A stretch of DNA of 58,913 nt, filler included. It is 3 parts of 3 records of this genome, joined end to end, with 100 filler letters (N's around TTAATTAATTAA, not from the genome) between each part and the next. Parts side by side here need not be neighbours in the genome. Positions count along the whole stretch, not along the records: positions 9,106 to 34,294 come from SRR20825006_1901; positions 34,395 to 58,913 come from SRR20825006_1903; 1 more part is not named here. One strand, written 5' to 3'. The position numbers and the translations under genes were made by a program. Position 1 is the stretch's first letter; every line of letters begins with the position of its first letter. Below the pieces are notes generated by a model. That model was not told where the DNA came from, did not search any database, and worked only from the letters and a program-made list of their open reading frames with translations. Shown here in pieces: positions 28,820-38,879 of this stretch.

Positions 28820-30967
28820 ATGAGCGTAAACGAAACGTATCAGCGCTGGCGGTATCGCTATGTCCCGGATCATCTGCTTGGCGAAATTCTGGCCAAGAAC
28901 TGGGTCGACAACGCGATCCCGGTGCTTTTCCTGGTCCTCGCCATCGCCGTGTTTTCCACGATCATACCGGGGTTCTTCACCATCGGGAGCCTGTCGACGA
29001 TTGCCCGTGTTCTGGGGGAATACATGTTCATCTGCATCGGCATGACGCTGGTGCTCAAGGCCGGGGGAATCGACCTGAGTGTCGGGTCTAATTTCGCCCT
29101 GTGCAATTTCGCCGGGCTCTATCTGGTGAATGCGCTCGGCATGCCGCTGATTGTCGTCATCCCTGCGGTCCTGCTGCTCGGCGGGCTCGTCGGGATGTTG
29201 AACGGGCTGCTTATCGGCTACATGCGTCTGCGCGCGTTTTTGACCACATTGGTGACGCTCATCCTGCTGCGCGCCATCGTGGAACTTTTGTCGCTGAACT
29301 ACGGGGTCCAGGCTTCCTATTCCGACACGGCGGTGCCGGCATGGGATTATCTGGGGCTGGCCAGTGTCATGGGGGTGCCGGTCTCGCTTGTATTTGCCAC
29401 CATTGTCGCGGTGATGATCCATATCCTGATGACGCGCATGCGCTTCGGCTGGCATTTGAGTGCGGTCGGTGGCTCGCGCCGCTCGGCCTATAATGTGGGT
29501 CTGCCGGTCAAGCGGATCGTGGCGCAGACCTATGTGATGTCCGGCGTTCTGACGGCGGCGGGGGCGCTGTTCTATGCCTCGCGCCTCGGCAGCATAGGCG
29601 GCTCTGTCGGTGTCGGACTCGAAATTGTGATCCTGACGGCGGCGGTGCTCGGCGGCAACAGCCTTGGCGGTGGCCGTGGGTCTGTGGCCAAGGCCATTAT
29701 CGGCACGGTGATCGTCGTGCTGGTGACCAATGCGCTGGTGCGGCTCGGGCTGCGCACCGGGACAAGCGAACTCGTTTTGGGGCTGATTCTTCTGGCCGCC
29801 GTGGCGATCGACGTCAAATGGGTCAAGAACCGGCTCAAGATCCTGAACCGGGCCTATGTGTCCCCGACCTATTTCGCGCTTCCGCCCTGTCCCGAAACGG
29901 TGGAAGGCTCGTCGTCGGTTTACGAGGTCAACGACAGGTTGTCGTCGGCGGAGGCAATCGGTCTGGGCGAGCTCGACGGGCCGGAAGACATTATTCTCGA
30001 TGAAGACGACAACCTCTATTGCGGCAGCCGTCATGGCGATGTGATCCGGTTCTTTGCCCCGGATTACAAACGGCACGAGGTCTATGTCCATATCGGGGGG
30101 CAGCCGCTTGGCATGGCGTTCAATCGGGATCAGGAGCTTGTGGTCTGTGTCGGGGGAATGGGGCTTTACAAAGTCACCAAGGACCGCAAGCCGGTCAAAC
30201 TTTCGGACGAAACCAACCGCTCGCTGTTCTCGGTGATCGACGATTCCCGTATGCGGCTCGCCGACGATCTCGACATCGCGCCGGACGGTCGGATTTTCTT
30301 TTCCGAAGCCACCATCCGCTACGAGATTCACGACTGGATTCTCGATGCGCTGGAATCGCGCGGCAATGGTCGGATCATCTGCTACGACCCGCACGACGGC
30401 TCGTCCCGGACCGTTCTGTCGAACCTTCAGTTCCCGAATGGCATCACGATGGTTGGCGACGATGAATCCTTCCTCTTTGCCGAAACCTGGGGCTGTCGGA
30501 TCAGTCGCTATTGGTACGCGGGCCCGCGCAAGGGGCAGACCGAAGTCGTGATCCCGGATCTGCCGGGCTACCCGGACAATATCAACCGTGCCTCGGACGG
30601 GTCCTTCTGGTGTGCCGTCATCGGCATGCGGTCGCCGACATTCGATCTCGCTCAGCGGATGCCACAGTTCCGGCGGCGCATGGTCTACCGCGTGGCGGCG
30701 GACGAATGGATGTATCCAAACATGAATGCGGGCTGTCTGTTCAAGTTCAGCCTGGAGGGCGAAATCCTTGATGTGCTGTGGGATCGCGACGGGGTCAAGC
30801 ACCCCTCGATCACCTCAATGCGCGAACACAAGGGCAGGCTCTATCTCGGGGGGCTCTTCAACGACCGGATCGGGGTTTACGACCTTCCGGGTGCGGACCC
30901 CGAGTGGACGGGCATCAAACATTACTGGGGAGACAAGCAAGACAAGGGAGACAAAACCGATGAGTAA
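28820..30967 (+). CDS. ABC permease fused to a strictosidine-synthase-like/SMP-30 six-bladed propeller
   Basis: N-terminal about 330 aa permease (GGIDLSVGS, VLGGNSLGGGRGS); C-terminal GPEDI, LADDLDI, FPNGI, PGYPDNI. Confidence 0.92.
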   Translation: MSVNETYQRWRYRYVPDHLLGEILAKNWVDNAIPVLFLVLAIAVFSTIIPGFFTIGSLSTIARVLGEYMFICIGMTLVLKAGGIDLSVGSNFALCNFAGLYLVNALGMPLIVVIPAVLLLGGLVGMLNGLLIGYMRLRAFLTTLVTLILLRAIVELLSLNYGVQASYSDTAVPAWDYLGLASVMGVPVSLVFATIVAVMIHILMTRMRFGWHLSAVGGSRRSAYNVGLPVKRIVAQTYVMSGVLTAAGALFYASRLGSIGGSVGVGLEIVILTAAVLGGNSLGGGRGSVAKAIIGTVIVVLVTNALVRLGLRTGTSELVLGLILLAAVAIDVKWVKNRLKILNRAYVSPTYFALPPCPETVEGSSSVYEVNDRLSSAEAIGLGELDGPEDIILDEDDNLYCGSRHGDVIRFFAPDYKRHEVYVHIGGQPLGMAFNRDQELVVCVGGMGLYKVTKDRKPVKLSDETNRSLFSVIDDSRMRLADDLDIAPDGRIFFSEATIRYEIHDWILDALESRGNGRIICYDPHDGSSRTVLSNLQFPNGITMVGDDESFLFAETWGCRISRYWYAGPRKGQTEVVIPDLPGYPDNINRASDGSFWCAVIGMRSPTFDLAQRMPQFRRRMVYRVAADEWMYPNMNAGCLFKFSLEGEILDVLWDRDGVKHPSITSMREHKGRLYLGGLFNDRIGVYDLPGADPEWTGIKHYWGDKQDKGDKTDE

Positions 30968-32039
30968 CATTTTCTCCCGGACACTGGACCGATTTCGGGG
31001 CAGCGGCAGCGCGGCCACCACATTGCCCCCGATGGACGGGGCGCTGCGACCGAACACGCGGATCGACGAGGCAGAGGCGCTTGCTTCTCTGGAAGCCCCA
31101 GACAACATCCTGTCCACCCCTGATGGCATCTTGCTGTCGAGTCGTGAGCGGTTGCTGCGTCTGACGCCGGAGGGCGGAACCGATGTGATCTGGAGCGCGT
31201 CCAGCGACATCACATGCCTTGCAAGCGACGACAGCGGAGCTTTGGCGGTGGGGCTCGACGAGGGTCGGGTGCTCATTCGCGGTGGTCGTCATGACGGCTG
31301 GGAGGGGACGCAATTGAACGGCATGCCGATCGTCGCCCCGTCCGCCGCCGTTTTCACCGACCCGGACACACTCCTTTTGTGCCTGGCAAGTCAGGACAAC
31401 CGGATGGGCGACTGGAAGCTCGACCTGATGACGAAACGGGCTAGCGGCTCTGTCTGGAAACTCGATCTCGCGGCTGGCGCAGCAACCTGCCTGTGCCGGG
31501 ATCTGGCGTTCCCCTACGGGATCGTGGCGGCCGAGGAGAACAGTGTCATCGTGTCGGAAAGCTGGCGCCATCAAGTGTTGCGGATCGGCGCGGACGGGCG
31601 GACCAAGGTCATGCTCGCGGAGCTTCCCGGGTATCCGGGGCGTCTGGTGCGGGACGCGGAGGGAGAGGGCCTGTGGCTCACTCTCTTTGCACCGCGGACG
31701 CAGTTGATCGAATTCGTTCTGCGCGAGGACGAATACCGACAGCGCATGATCGCGACCATCGAGCCGGAATACTGGATCGCGCCGTCACTGCATGCTCCGA
31801 CCTCTTATCTGGAACCGTTGCAAGGCGGCAGTCTCAAGCAACTCGGAGAACTCAAACCATGGGCGCCGTCACGCTCGCTCGGCATCGTGCTGCGTCTGGA
31901 CCCGGCGGGCCATGCAAAAGAGAGCCTGCATTCCCGCGCAAACGGGGTGCGCCACGGCGTGACCAGTTGTCTGCCGTCCCGTGACGGCCTGCTCATGACG
32001 TCCAAGGGCGGCGATGTTGTCGTCCGTGCGAAACTATAG
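30960..32039 (+). CDS. Stand-alone strictosidine-synthase-like propeller, degenerate active site
   Basis: ATG 30960 overlaps the upstream stop; LAFPYGI, VSESWRH, ELPGYPGRL. Confidence 0.85.
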   Translation: MSNIFSRTLDRFRGSGSAATTLPPMDGALRPNTRIDEAEALASLEAPDNILSTPDGILLSSRERLLRLTPEGGTDVIWSASSDITCLASDDSGALAVGLDEGRVLIRGGRHDGWEGTQLNGMPIVAPSAAVFTDPDTLLLCLASQDNRMGDWKLDLMTKRASGSVWKLDLAAGAATCLCRDLAFPYGIVAAEENSVIVSESWRHQVLRIGADGRTKVMLAELPGYPGRLVRDAEGEGLWLTLFAPRTQLIEFVLREDEYRQRMIATIEPEYWIAPSLHAPTSYLEPLQGGSLKQLGELKPWAPSRSLGIVLRLDPAGHAKESLHSRANGVRHGVTSCLPSRDGLLMTSKGGDVVVRAKL

Positions 32040-33551
32040 GTGACCACCATGCAGATATCACCACTTATCGAAATGCGATCCGTGACCAAGGAATATCGAG
32101 GTATTCCCGCGATCCGGAACGTGGATTTCAAGCTTCTTCCCGGAGAAGTGCATGCGCTGCTGGGCGAGAATGGCGCCGGTAAATCGACGCTGACCAAGAT
32201 CATGGCGGGCGTCACCCAGGCGACGGCGGGCGAAATGCGGCTCGACGACAAGGCGGTGTCCTTTGCGACACCCGGAGAGGCGCTGGCCGAAGGCGTGGCG
32301 ATGGTGTTTCAGGAAACCAGCCTCGTCCCCAGCATGACGGTTGCGCAAAATCTTTTTCTCGGGGAGGAAAAGCTCTTCAACCGGCTGCGCGGGATTTACA
32401 TCGCGGCGCAGCAATTCATGCAGTCGCTGAACTTTCAGGTCGATCCCTGGGCCGATGTGGCGACCCTGGGCGCAGCCAAGAAACAGATGGTGGAGATTGC
32501 CCGCGCCGTCCGGCAAAAGGCCCGCGTCATCATTTTCGACGAACCCACCGCGACGCTGACGCCCGAGGAAAAACGGCATTTCTTTGCGCTGGTCCGCGAT
32601 CTCAAGGCGCGCGGGGTGGCGGTGATCTTCATCACCCATGCGCTCGAAGAGGCGCTGAGCATTGCCGACCGGATCTCGGTCTTGCGTGATGGTGAGCTGG
32701 TGATCAGCGACGATGCGGACCGGTTCGACCGCGATATGATCGTTCAGGCGATGGTGGGGCGCAGCCTGTCCGACGAGCTTTACCACAGCCATGGCGAGGA
32801 CAAGATCCGTCCCCCCGGCCACAAGGTTCTGTCCGTTCAGAACCTGTCGATGTCGAAGATCGTCAAGAACAATTCGTTCTCGGTCTATGGCGGGCAGGTC
32901 ACCGGCATCTTCGGCCTGATCGGATCGGGGCGCAGCGAAACCGCAAAGGTCGTCTGCGGCATCTATAAACGCGATTTCTTTCACGGCGGCGAGGTGAGGC
33001 TTGAGAACAAGCCGGTTCGCTACCGCACGCCCCGGCCCGCGGTGATGGACGGGATCGTTTATGTCACCGAGGACCGCAAGATAGAAGGATTTTATGAAAG
33101 CATGTCGATAGCAGAGAATATCCATCGGGCGGCCCAGGCGGCCAATGTAAGCCCGGGCCTCTTCGTGAGCTATGCCGAGATGAAGGCTATGGCGGCGGAC
33201 TGGAGCGACAAGCTCAACATCAGGGCCATCGATTCCGATGCGAGCGTCATCGAACTGTCCGGCGGCAATCAGCAGAAAGTGGTGATCGCACGGGCGCTTG
33301 TCCAAAAGCCGAAAGTCGTGTTTTTCGATGAGCCGACGCGGGGCGTCGATGTCGGGGCGATTTCGGAGATTCACCAGCTGATCAACGATCTGGCCGAACA
33401 GGGCATCGCGATTGTGGTGATCTCGTCTTACCTGCCTGAAATCCTGAACCTGTCGGACCGTATTCTGGTGTCGCGGGGCGGGCGCATCGTCGAGGAGTTC
33501 ACCCCGGAAGAAGCCACAGAGGAACGCATCATGTATGCGGCGGTGCACTGA
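32040..33551 (+). CDS. Sugar ABC transporter ATP-binding protein (two NBDs)
   Basis: GENGAGKSTL, IFDEPT, LSGGNQQKV, DEPTRGVDVG. Confidence 0.96.
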   Translation: MTTMQISPLIEMRSVTKEYRGIPAIRNVDFKLLPGEVHALLGENGAGKSTLTKIMAGVTQATAGEMRLDDKAVSFATPGEALAEGVAMVFQETSLVPSMTVAQNLFLGEEKLFNRLRGIYIAAQQFMQSLNFQVDPWADVATLGAAKKQMVEIARAVRQKARVIIFDEPTATLTPEEKRHFFALVRDLKARGVAVIFITHALEEALSIADRISVLRDGELVISDDADRFDRDMIVQAMVGRSLSDELYHSHGEDKIRPPGHKVLSVQNLSMSKIVKNNSFSVYGGQVTGIFGLIGSGRSETAKVVCGIYKRDFFHGGEVRLENKPVRYRTPRPAVMDGIVYVTEDRKIEGFYESMSIAENIHRAAQAANVSPGLFVSYAEMKAMAADWSDKLNIRAIDSDASVIELSGGNQQKVVIARALVQKPKVVFFDEPTRGVDVGAISEIHQLINDLAEQGIAIVVISSYLPEILNLSDRILVSRGGRIVEEFTPEEATEERIMYAAVH

Positions 33552-34294
33552 TGGCGTTCGGGTTCGGGACACATCCCCCCGCAGGCGGGCGCATCTGTGT
33601 TGTCGGGGCCGGGTTCATGGGCTGCGTGATCGCGACGCTTTATGCGCGACACGGCTATGAGGTCGTGCTCTGCGACAGCCAAACCGCCATGCTCGACAGC
33701 TATGCCGAGCGCGCGCGGCCCATTGCCGCGACACTGGCCGACGACACTTTGACGGTCGAGGCCATTCTGGGCCGTGTGAGCACCGAGGCGTCTCTCAAGA
33801 CGGCGGTGGCCGGTGTCTTCATGGTGCATGAGGTCGTTCAGGAGGTGTTGGAGACCAAGCAGGCGGTGTTCGAAGAGCTGGATCGCCTGTGTCCGCCGGA
33901 TGTGGTTTTGGCGACAAACACCTCGTCGTTCCTGATCTCGGATATCGCGGCTGGGATGTCGCGGCGGGAGCGGATGGTGGGAATTCATTACATCACGCCA
34001 GCGCATATCATTCCGGTGATCGAGATCATCCACAGCGCGTTCACGCCGCCGGAACTGGTCGCATGGGGCCGTGCTTTCGTCCAGAGCATCGACCATGTCG
34101 GCGTGGCCTGCCCGGAGCGGCCCGGTTTTCTCATCAACAAGATCCAGTTTGCCATGCTGACGGAAATTTACCGCCTGATGGACGAAGGCCTGGCCAGCCG
34201 AGACGATATCGACGCGGCGGTGCGCTTGAGCCTGGGGCCGCGCCTCGCCCTTTGGGGGCCGCTTCTGACCGAGGATCTGATCGTCTCGAAAAAG
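33551..34294 (+). CDS. 3-hydroxyacyl-CoA dehydrogenase family protein (3'-truncated by contig end)
   Basis: VVGAGFMG, EVVQEVLETKQ, LATNTSS, PGFLINKIQ, DIDAAV. Confidence 0.88.
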
Positions 34295-34394
34295 NNNNNN
34301 NNNNNNNNNNNNNNNNNNNNNNNNNNNNNNNNNNNNNNTTAATTAATTAANNNNNNNNNNNNNNNNNNNNNNNNNNNNNNNNNNNNNNNNNNNN
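34295..34394. other. Artificial contig spacer (N44-TTAATTAATTAA-N44)
   Basis: Same linker as 9006-9105; genes are truncated on both sides. Confidence 0.98.
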
Positions 34395-35017
34395 TCGCGG
34401 CTGTCGATCAGCCAGCGATAGGCCTGCAACAAAACGGCCGGACCGAGATAACGATCACCATTCCACCAATAGGACGGGCAGGAAGTTGAGCAGCAAGCGC
34501 ACAGAATGCATTCATAAAGCCCGTCGAGCTTGACGCGATCTTCGTGGCTCTGCTTCCATTCCTTCGCAGGTGGTGGCGAAACCGTCTTCAGCCAAGGTTC
34601 AATCGAACGATGCTGGGCGTAAAAGTTACTCAGATCAGGTACCAGATCCTTCACCACCGGCATATGCGGCAGAGGATAAATCTTTACCGCACCATTGATC
34701 TCATCCATACCCTTGGTGCAGGCCAGCGTGTTGGTGCCGTCGATATTCATCGCACAGGAACCGCAAATGCCTTCACGACAGGAACGACGCAGCGTCAATG
34801 TCGGGTCGATATTGTTCTTGATGTACAACAGTGCATCGAGAACCATCGGCCCGCAATCATCCATATCGATGAAATAGGTGTCGATGCTGGGGTTTTCACC
34901 GGCATCGGGATTCCAGCGGTAAACTTTGAACTCGCGAAGATTGGACGCGCCTTCCGTCTTCGGCCAGGTTTTGCCCGTCTTGATCTTCGAGTTCTTGGGA
35001 AGCGTGAATTCAACCAT
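34395..35017 (-). CDS. sdhB: Succinate dehydrogenase Fe-S subunit (3'-truncated)
   Basis: [29 protein letters not shown]. Confidence 0.97.
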
Positions 35018-35033
35018 TTCCTGTTCCTCTCGA

Positions 35034-36872
35034 TCAGTAGACGCGCGCCTTGGGGGCGATCTTCTTGATGTCGATACCGTCTGCGATCAGATCCTGATGC
35101 ACCGGACGATAGTCAAGTTTCACCTCTCCGGTATCGCTGATCCATGACAGTGTATGCTTACGCCAGTTTTCATCATCACGGCCAGAGAACGGACCTTCTG
35201 CATAGTCTTCCCGTGCATGGGCACCGCGACTTTCCTTCCGGGCTTCCGCGCCGACAACCGTGGTCGCGGCACATGCCATCAGGTTATACAGCTCCAGCGT
35301 TTCAACAAGATCGGAGTTCCAGATCATCGAGCGATCGGTCACCTTCACGTCCGGCAACTCGTCCCAGATATCGGCGATACGCTTGCAACCCTGCTCAAGT
35401 GTTTCCTGCGTCCGGAACACAGCGGCGTCTTCCTGCATGGCACGCTGCATCTTGTCGCGCAACACAGCCGTCGGCTGAGAGCCGCTGGCGTTGCGGATGC
35501 GATCAAAACGCTCCATGATCTTGTCGCAGGCGGCCGTATTGAGCGCCGGGATCGGGCTTTCACGATCAATCACCTGACCGGCGCGGATGGCCGCAGCACG
35601 GCCAAAGACCACAAGGTCAATCAGTGAGTTGGAACCGAGACGGTTGGCGCCGTGAACAGAGGCACAGCCGGCCTCACCCACAGCCATCAGACCGGGCGCA
35701 ACACGCTCGGGATTGTCACTGTCCGCGTTCAGAACCTCACCCCAATAGTTGGTCGGAATCCCGCCCATATTGTAGTGAACCGTCGGCAGAACCGGAATCG
35801 GCTCACGGGTCACATCAACACCGGCAAAGATGCGCGCACTTTCCGAAATACCCGGAAGGCGCTCTGCCAGAACGGCAGGATCGAGATGGTCAAGATGCAG
35901 GAAAATGTGATCCTTGTTCTTGCCAACGCCGCGACCGTCGCGAATTTCCATCGTCATGCAGCGCGAAACCACATCGCGTGACGCCAGATCCTTGGCCGAT
36001 GGCGCATAACGCTCCATGAAGCGCTCGCCCTCGGAGTTGACCAGGTACCCCCCCTCACCACGGGCGCCCTCGGTAATCAGACAACCTGCACCGTAAATGC
36101 CGGTCGGGTGGAACTGCACGAATTCCATATCCTGAAGCGGAAGGCCGGCACGTGCGATCATGCCAGCACCGTCGCCAGTGCAGGTATGTGCCGAGGTTGC
36201 GGAGAAGAAGGCGCGGCCATAACCACCGGTCGCCAGAACCACCATCTTGGCGGTAAAGCGGTGGATCGTGCCGTCATCAAGGTTCCAGGCCACAACACCC
36301 GTGCAAACACCGTCATCATCCATGATCAGATCGAGCGCGAAATACTCGATGAAGAATTCGGCGTTGTTCTTCAGCGACTGTCCGTAAAGCGTATGCAGGA
36401 TGGCGTGACCGGTGCGGTCTGCGGCAGCACAGGTGCGCTGCACCGGCGGGCCGTCGCCATAATTCTGCATGTGACCGCCGAAGGGGCGCTGATAAATCTT
36501 GCCCTCTTCGTTACGCGAAAACGGAACGCCGTAATGCTCAAGCTCATAAACCGCCTGCGGCGCTTCCATGGCGAGATACTGCATGGCATCAACATCGCCG
36601 AGCCAGTCGGAACCTTTGACCGTATCATAAAGATGCCATTGCCAGCAGTCAGGCGTCATATTCTGCAGCGAGGCAGCAATGCCGCCCTGCGCGGCGACGG
36701 TGTGCGAACGGGTCGGAAAAACCTTGGTAATGCAGGCCGTCTTGAAGCCCTGCTCGGCCATGCCAAGCGTGGCGCGCAGGCCGGAACCGCCAGCGCCGAC
36801 AACAATCACATCATAGGCGTGGTCAACATACTCGTAGGCCTTGCCGTTCTGTTCAGTGGAAGAAAGTGCCAT
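35034..36872 (-). CDS. sdhA: Succinate dehydrogenase flavoprotein subunit
   Basis: [33 protein letters not shown]. Confidence 0.98.
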   Translation of the reverse strand: MALSSTEQNGKAYEYVDHAYDVIVVGAGGSGLRATLGMAEQGFKTACITKVFPTRSHTVAAQGGIAASLQNMTPDCWQWHLYDTVKGSDWLGDVDAMQYLAMEAPQAVYELEHYGVPFSRNEEGKIYQRPFGGHMQNYGDGPPVQRTCAAADRTGHAILHTLYGQSLKNNAEFFIEYFALDLIMDDDGVCTGVVAWNLDDGTIHRFTAKMVVLATGGYGRAFFSATSAHTCTGDGAGMIARAGLPLQDMEFVQFHPTGIYGAGCLITEGARGEGGYLVNSEGERFMERYAPSAKDLASRDVVSRCMTMEIRDGRGVGKNKDHIFLHLDHLDPAVLAERLPGISESARIFAGVDVTREPIPVLPTVHYNMGGIPTNYWGEVLNADSDNPERVAPGLMAVGEAGCASVHGANRLGSNSLIDLVVFGRAAAIRAGQVIDRESPIPALNTAACDKIMERFDRIRNASGSQPTAVLRDKMQRAMQEDAAVFRTQETLEQGCKRIADIWDELPDVKVTDRSMIWNSDLVETLELYNLMACAATTVVGAEARKESRGAHAREDYAEGPFSGRDDENWRKHTLSWISDTGEVKLDYRPVHQDLIADGIDIKKIAPKARVY

Positions 36873-36879
36873 GTGCTCG

Positions 36880-37260
36880 TTACCCCACAAACGCAATCTT
36901 CAGGATGGCGAACAGACAGAGTCCGCCCATCAGGACTGCAAAAAATGTATTGGCCATCAAAGCGGCAAGCTTCAAAGGCTCGTTGTGAATATAGTCATCG
37001 ATGATTTCCTGCATACCGATACGCATGTGGATCAATCCGGCAATGATCATCAGGCCCATCAGGACAGCAACGAACGGATTGGCCAGCGAGCCAACAACCT
37101 GTTCGTAGGATGCGCCTGCATTGGCGATGACAAAGATGATGAAGAAAAGGAAAAGCGGTACGAGAGCAACAGCGGTCAGCCGCTGAACCCAGAAATGCTC
37201 GGTTCCCCCTTTTGCGGAACCAAGACCGCGAACCTTTTTAAGCGGTGTGCGCATATCCAT
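36880..37260 (-). CDS. sdhD: Succinate dehydrogenase hydrophobic anchor
   Basis: [30 protein letters not shown]. Confidence 0.95.
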   Translation of the reverse strand: MDMRTPLKKVRGLGSAKGGTEHFWVQRLTAVALVPLFLFFIIFVIANAGASYEQVVGSLANPFVAVLMGLMIIAGLIHMRIGMQEIIDDYIHNEPLKLAALMANTFFAVLMGGLCLFAILKIAFVG

Positions 37261-37271
37261 TGTGCTCTCTC

Positions 37272-37661
37272 CTAAACCAGAAGGCCGATGATCCACAGGA
37301 CCACCGTTACAGCCACGGACACAAAGGGAAGCGCGATCGCCACCTTGGTGGTGAATTCCTTGCCGAGACCATGCCCGAAATCCCAGAAAAAGTGGCGAAT
37401 GCCACCGATCAGATGATGGACAAGCGCCCAAGTGTAGCCGAACAGAATCAAAATTCCGAGCCACGAACCAAAGAACCAGTTGACGCAGTCAAAGGCATCC
37501 TTGCCCATCGCTGCCGAAATCAGCCAGGCGGCGAGCAGGATCGTGCCGAAATACATCGCAGCGCCGGTGATCCGGTGGATGATCGACATCGCCATGGTCG
37601 GTATGAATTTATAAACTTGAAGATGCGGCGACAGGGGCCGGTTGCTGGTCGGGTTGGCCAT
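37272..37661 (-). CDS. sdhC: Succinate dehydrogenase cytochrome b556 subunit
   Basis: RPLSPHLQVY, SIIHRITG, GGIRHFFWD. Confidence 0.96.
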   Translation of the reverse strand: MANPTSNRPLSPHLQVYKFIPTMAMSIIHRITGAAMYFGTILLAAWLISAAMGKDAFDCVNWFFGSWLGILILFGYTWALVHHLIGGIRHFFWDFGHGLGKEFTTKVAIALPFVSVAVTVVLWIIGLLV

Positions 37662-37749
37662 CAAAACCTCGCAGTGTTTCAAAAGGCGCTTTTGAATGCT
37701 CTCACCCAGACTGAACAACGCAGTCGGGGCGGCGCCGATGCTCCCTGTG

Positions 37750-37778
37750 GTTTAATCGCCACAAGCCCGCACGACAAG
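37750..37778 (-). promoter_or_regulatory. Putative sigma70 promoter of sdhCDAB
   Basis: CTTGTC-N17-TTAAAC, similar to the alphaproteobacterial CTTGAC-N17-CTATAT consensus. Confidence 0.5.
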
Positions 37779-37807
37779 CCCATTCGCCGCCGCAAGCCAA
37801 TTTAATC

Positions 37808-37895
37808 GGTTTGACGAAAGTCAGTAGCGCCGGCTCAATCCCGAAAACCGCTGTTCTGGAGGGGAGATCGGCCATGAACAGCTTGAGTTTCGTTA
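37808..37895 (-). ncRNA. Candidate small RNA with an anti-Shine-Dalgarno loop
   Basis: Stem GCUGUUC/GAACAGC encloses CCGAUCUCCCCUCC; outer CUCAA/UUGAG pairing; distal UGAC-UUUC-GUCA hairpin. Ends are approximate. Confidence 0.4.
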
Positions 37896-37910
37896 AGTTT
37901 CAACAACTTA

Positions 37911-37932
37911 ACATGATTTTAAAAGTCATGTT
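37911..37932. promoter_or_regulatory. Putative RirA iron-responsive operator (IRO box)
   Basis: ACATGATTTTAAAAGTCATGT palindrome contains AT-rich TGA-N9-TCA (37914-37928). Confidence 0.55.
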
Positions 37933-37960
37933 TAAGCTGAAGCAAATCAACCTGCGCAGA

Positions 37961-38602
37961 TCAAACGAATCGCCAGACGGTTGTTTTCTTGACCTCGGAA
38001 TCTTCCAGAACACGGGTCACCGGCACCTCGTATTCAGCCACATTCACCAGCCGGTCTTTCGGACAGTAGGCGCGGCCCGGATCGCCGACCAGCACTATCG
38101 CACCTGCCCTATCCAGTTGTTCAAACCAGGGAACCAGAGCAGCGGCCCATTCGGCATCATAGAACACATCACCGGCCAGAAGCACATCACAATCAGGGGT
38201 GTTGTTCATGAGATTGTCGCCGATAAAACCGACGGTAACATCGTTCAATTCTGCGTTGAGGCTTACCGCCGAACCCGACCAGTGATCGATATCAGCAGCC
38301 ATCACCGACGCGGCACCGGACTTTGCTGCTGCGACGGCAACCAGGCCGGAGCCGGTGGCAAAGTCGATGACACGCTTGCCCGCCACACTTTCGGGATGAT
38401 CCAGCACATAGCGCGCAAGCCCCTGCCCGCCAGCCCAGGCAAAAGCCCAGTATGGCGGCGGCAAGCCGATATCCTGCAGTTCTTCCTCGGTCTTCATCCA
38501 GAGATCGTGAACCTCACTGGCCAGCCGCAACCGGATTTCCGGTACATGCGGCGGCGCAAGGATATCGGTGTTTTCAAGGATGAAGCGCTTGCGGTCGTTC
38601 AT
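37961..38602 (-). CDS. Class I SAM-dependent protein methyltransferase (METTL20/ETFBKMT-like)
   Basis: PPPYWAFAWAGGQGLARY, DFATGSGL, GDVFY, GDPGR. Confidence 0.9.
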   Translation of the reverse strand: MNDRKRFILENTDILAPPHVPEIRLRLASEVHDLWMKTEEELQDIGLPPPYWAFAWAGGQGLARYVLDHPESVAGKRVIDFATGSGLVAVAAAKSGAASVMAADIDHWSGSAVSLNAELNDVTVGFIGDNLMNNTPDCDVLLAGDVFYDAEWAAALVPWFEQLDRAGAIVLVGDPGRAYCPKDRLVNVAEYEVPVTRVLEDSEVKKTTVWRFV

Positions 38603-38614
38603 CAGATGCAGGAA

Positions 38615-38848
38615 TTACTCTTTTTCAACGCCCGGCCAGCGCGTCGTCGCCAGAATCCAAAGTCCGATGATGTTGCCGAGCGGTACAAAACACAGCAGAA
38701 CCCAAAACCCGGAAAAACCCATACGACGCAGAATTTTGGCCACCGGCCAGCCGAAGATAACCCACCAGATGAGAAGGGCTATGGCGATTTGCCAGATCCC
38801 CCACTGGGCCATCATCCAGAAACCACCGGCATGATCATATCCATTCAT
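38615..38848 (-). CDS. Small membrane protein
   Basis: GGAGGA RBS; KILRRMGFSGFW..VPLGNIIGLWILA..WP. Confidence 0.75.
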   Translation of the reverse strand: MNGYDHAGGFWMMAQWGIWQIAIALLIWWVIFGWPVAKILRRMGFSGFWVLLCFVPLGNIIGLWILATTRWPGVEKE

Positions 38849-38879
38849 CACCAATCCTCCGATTAGGTTATCAGGCACG

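Noticed and set aside
28742-30802. 686-aa minus-strand ORF (similarly 2236-3969, 7507-8886, 17643-18749, 32058-33572)
   Set aside because: Antisense to well-supported genes; typical codon-bias shadow ORFs
37908-37922. TTAA-N7-TTAA CtrA-like box
   Set aside because: Lacks the terminal C of TTAA-N7-TTAAC and overlaps a more extensive IRO-type palindrome; kept only as an alternative reading
37811-38866. 351-aa plus-strand ORF with a GGAGGGGAG SD-like sequence before ATG 37874
   Set aside because: Runs antisense through the methyltransferase gene. The G-rich tract is better explained as the complement of a C-rich RNA loop, though this is not proven.
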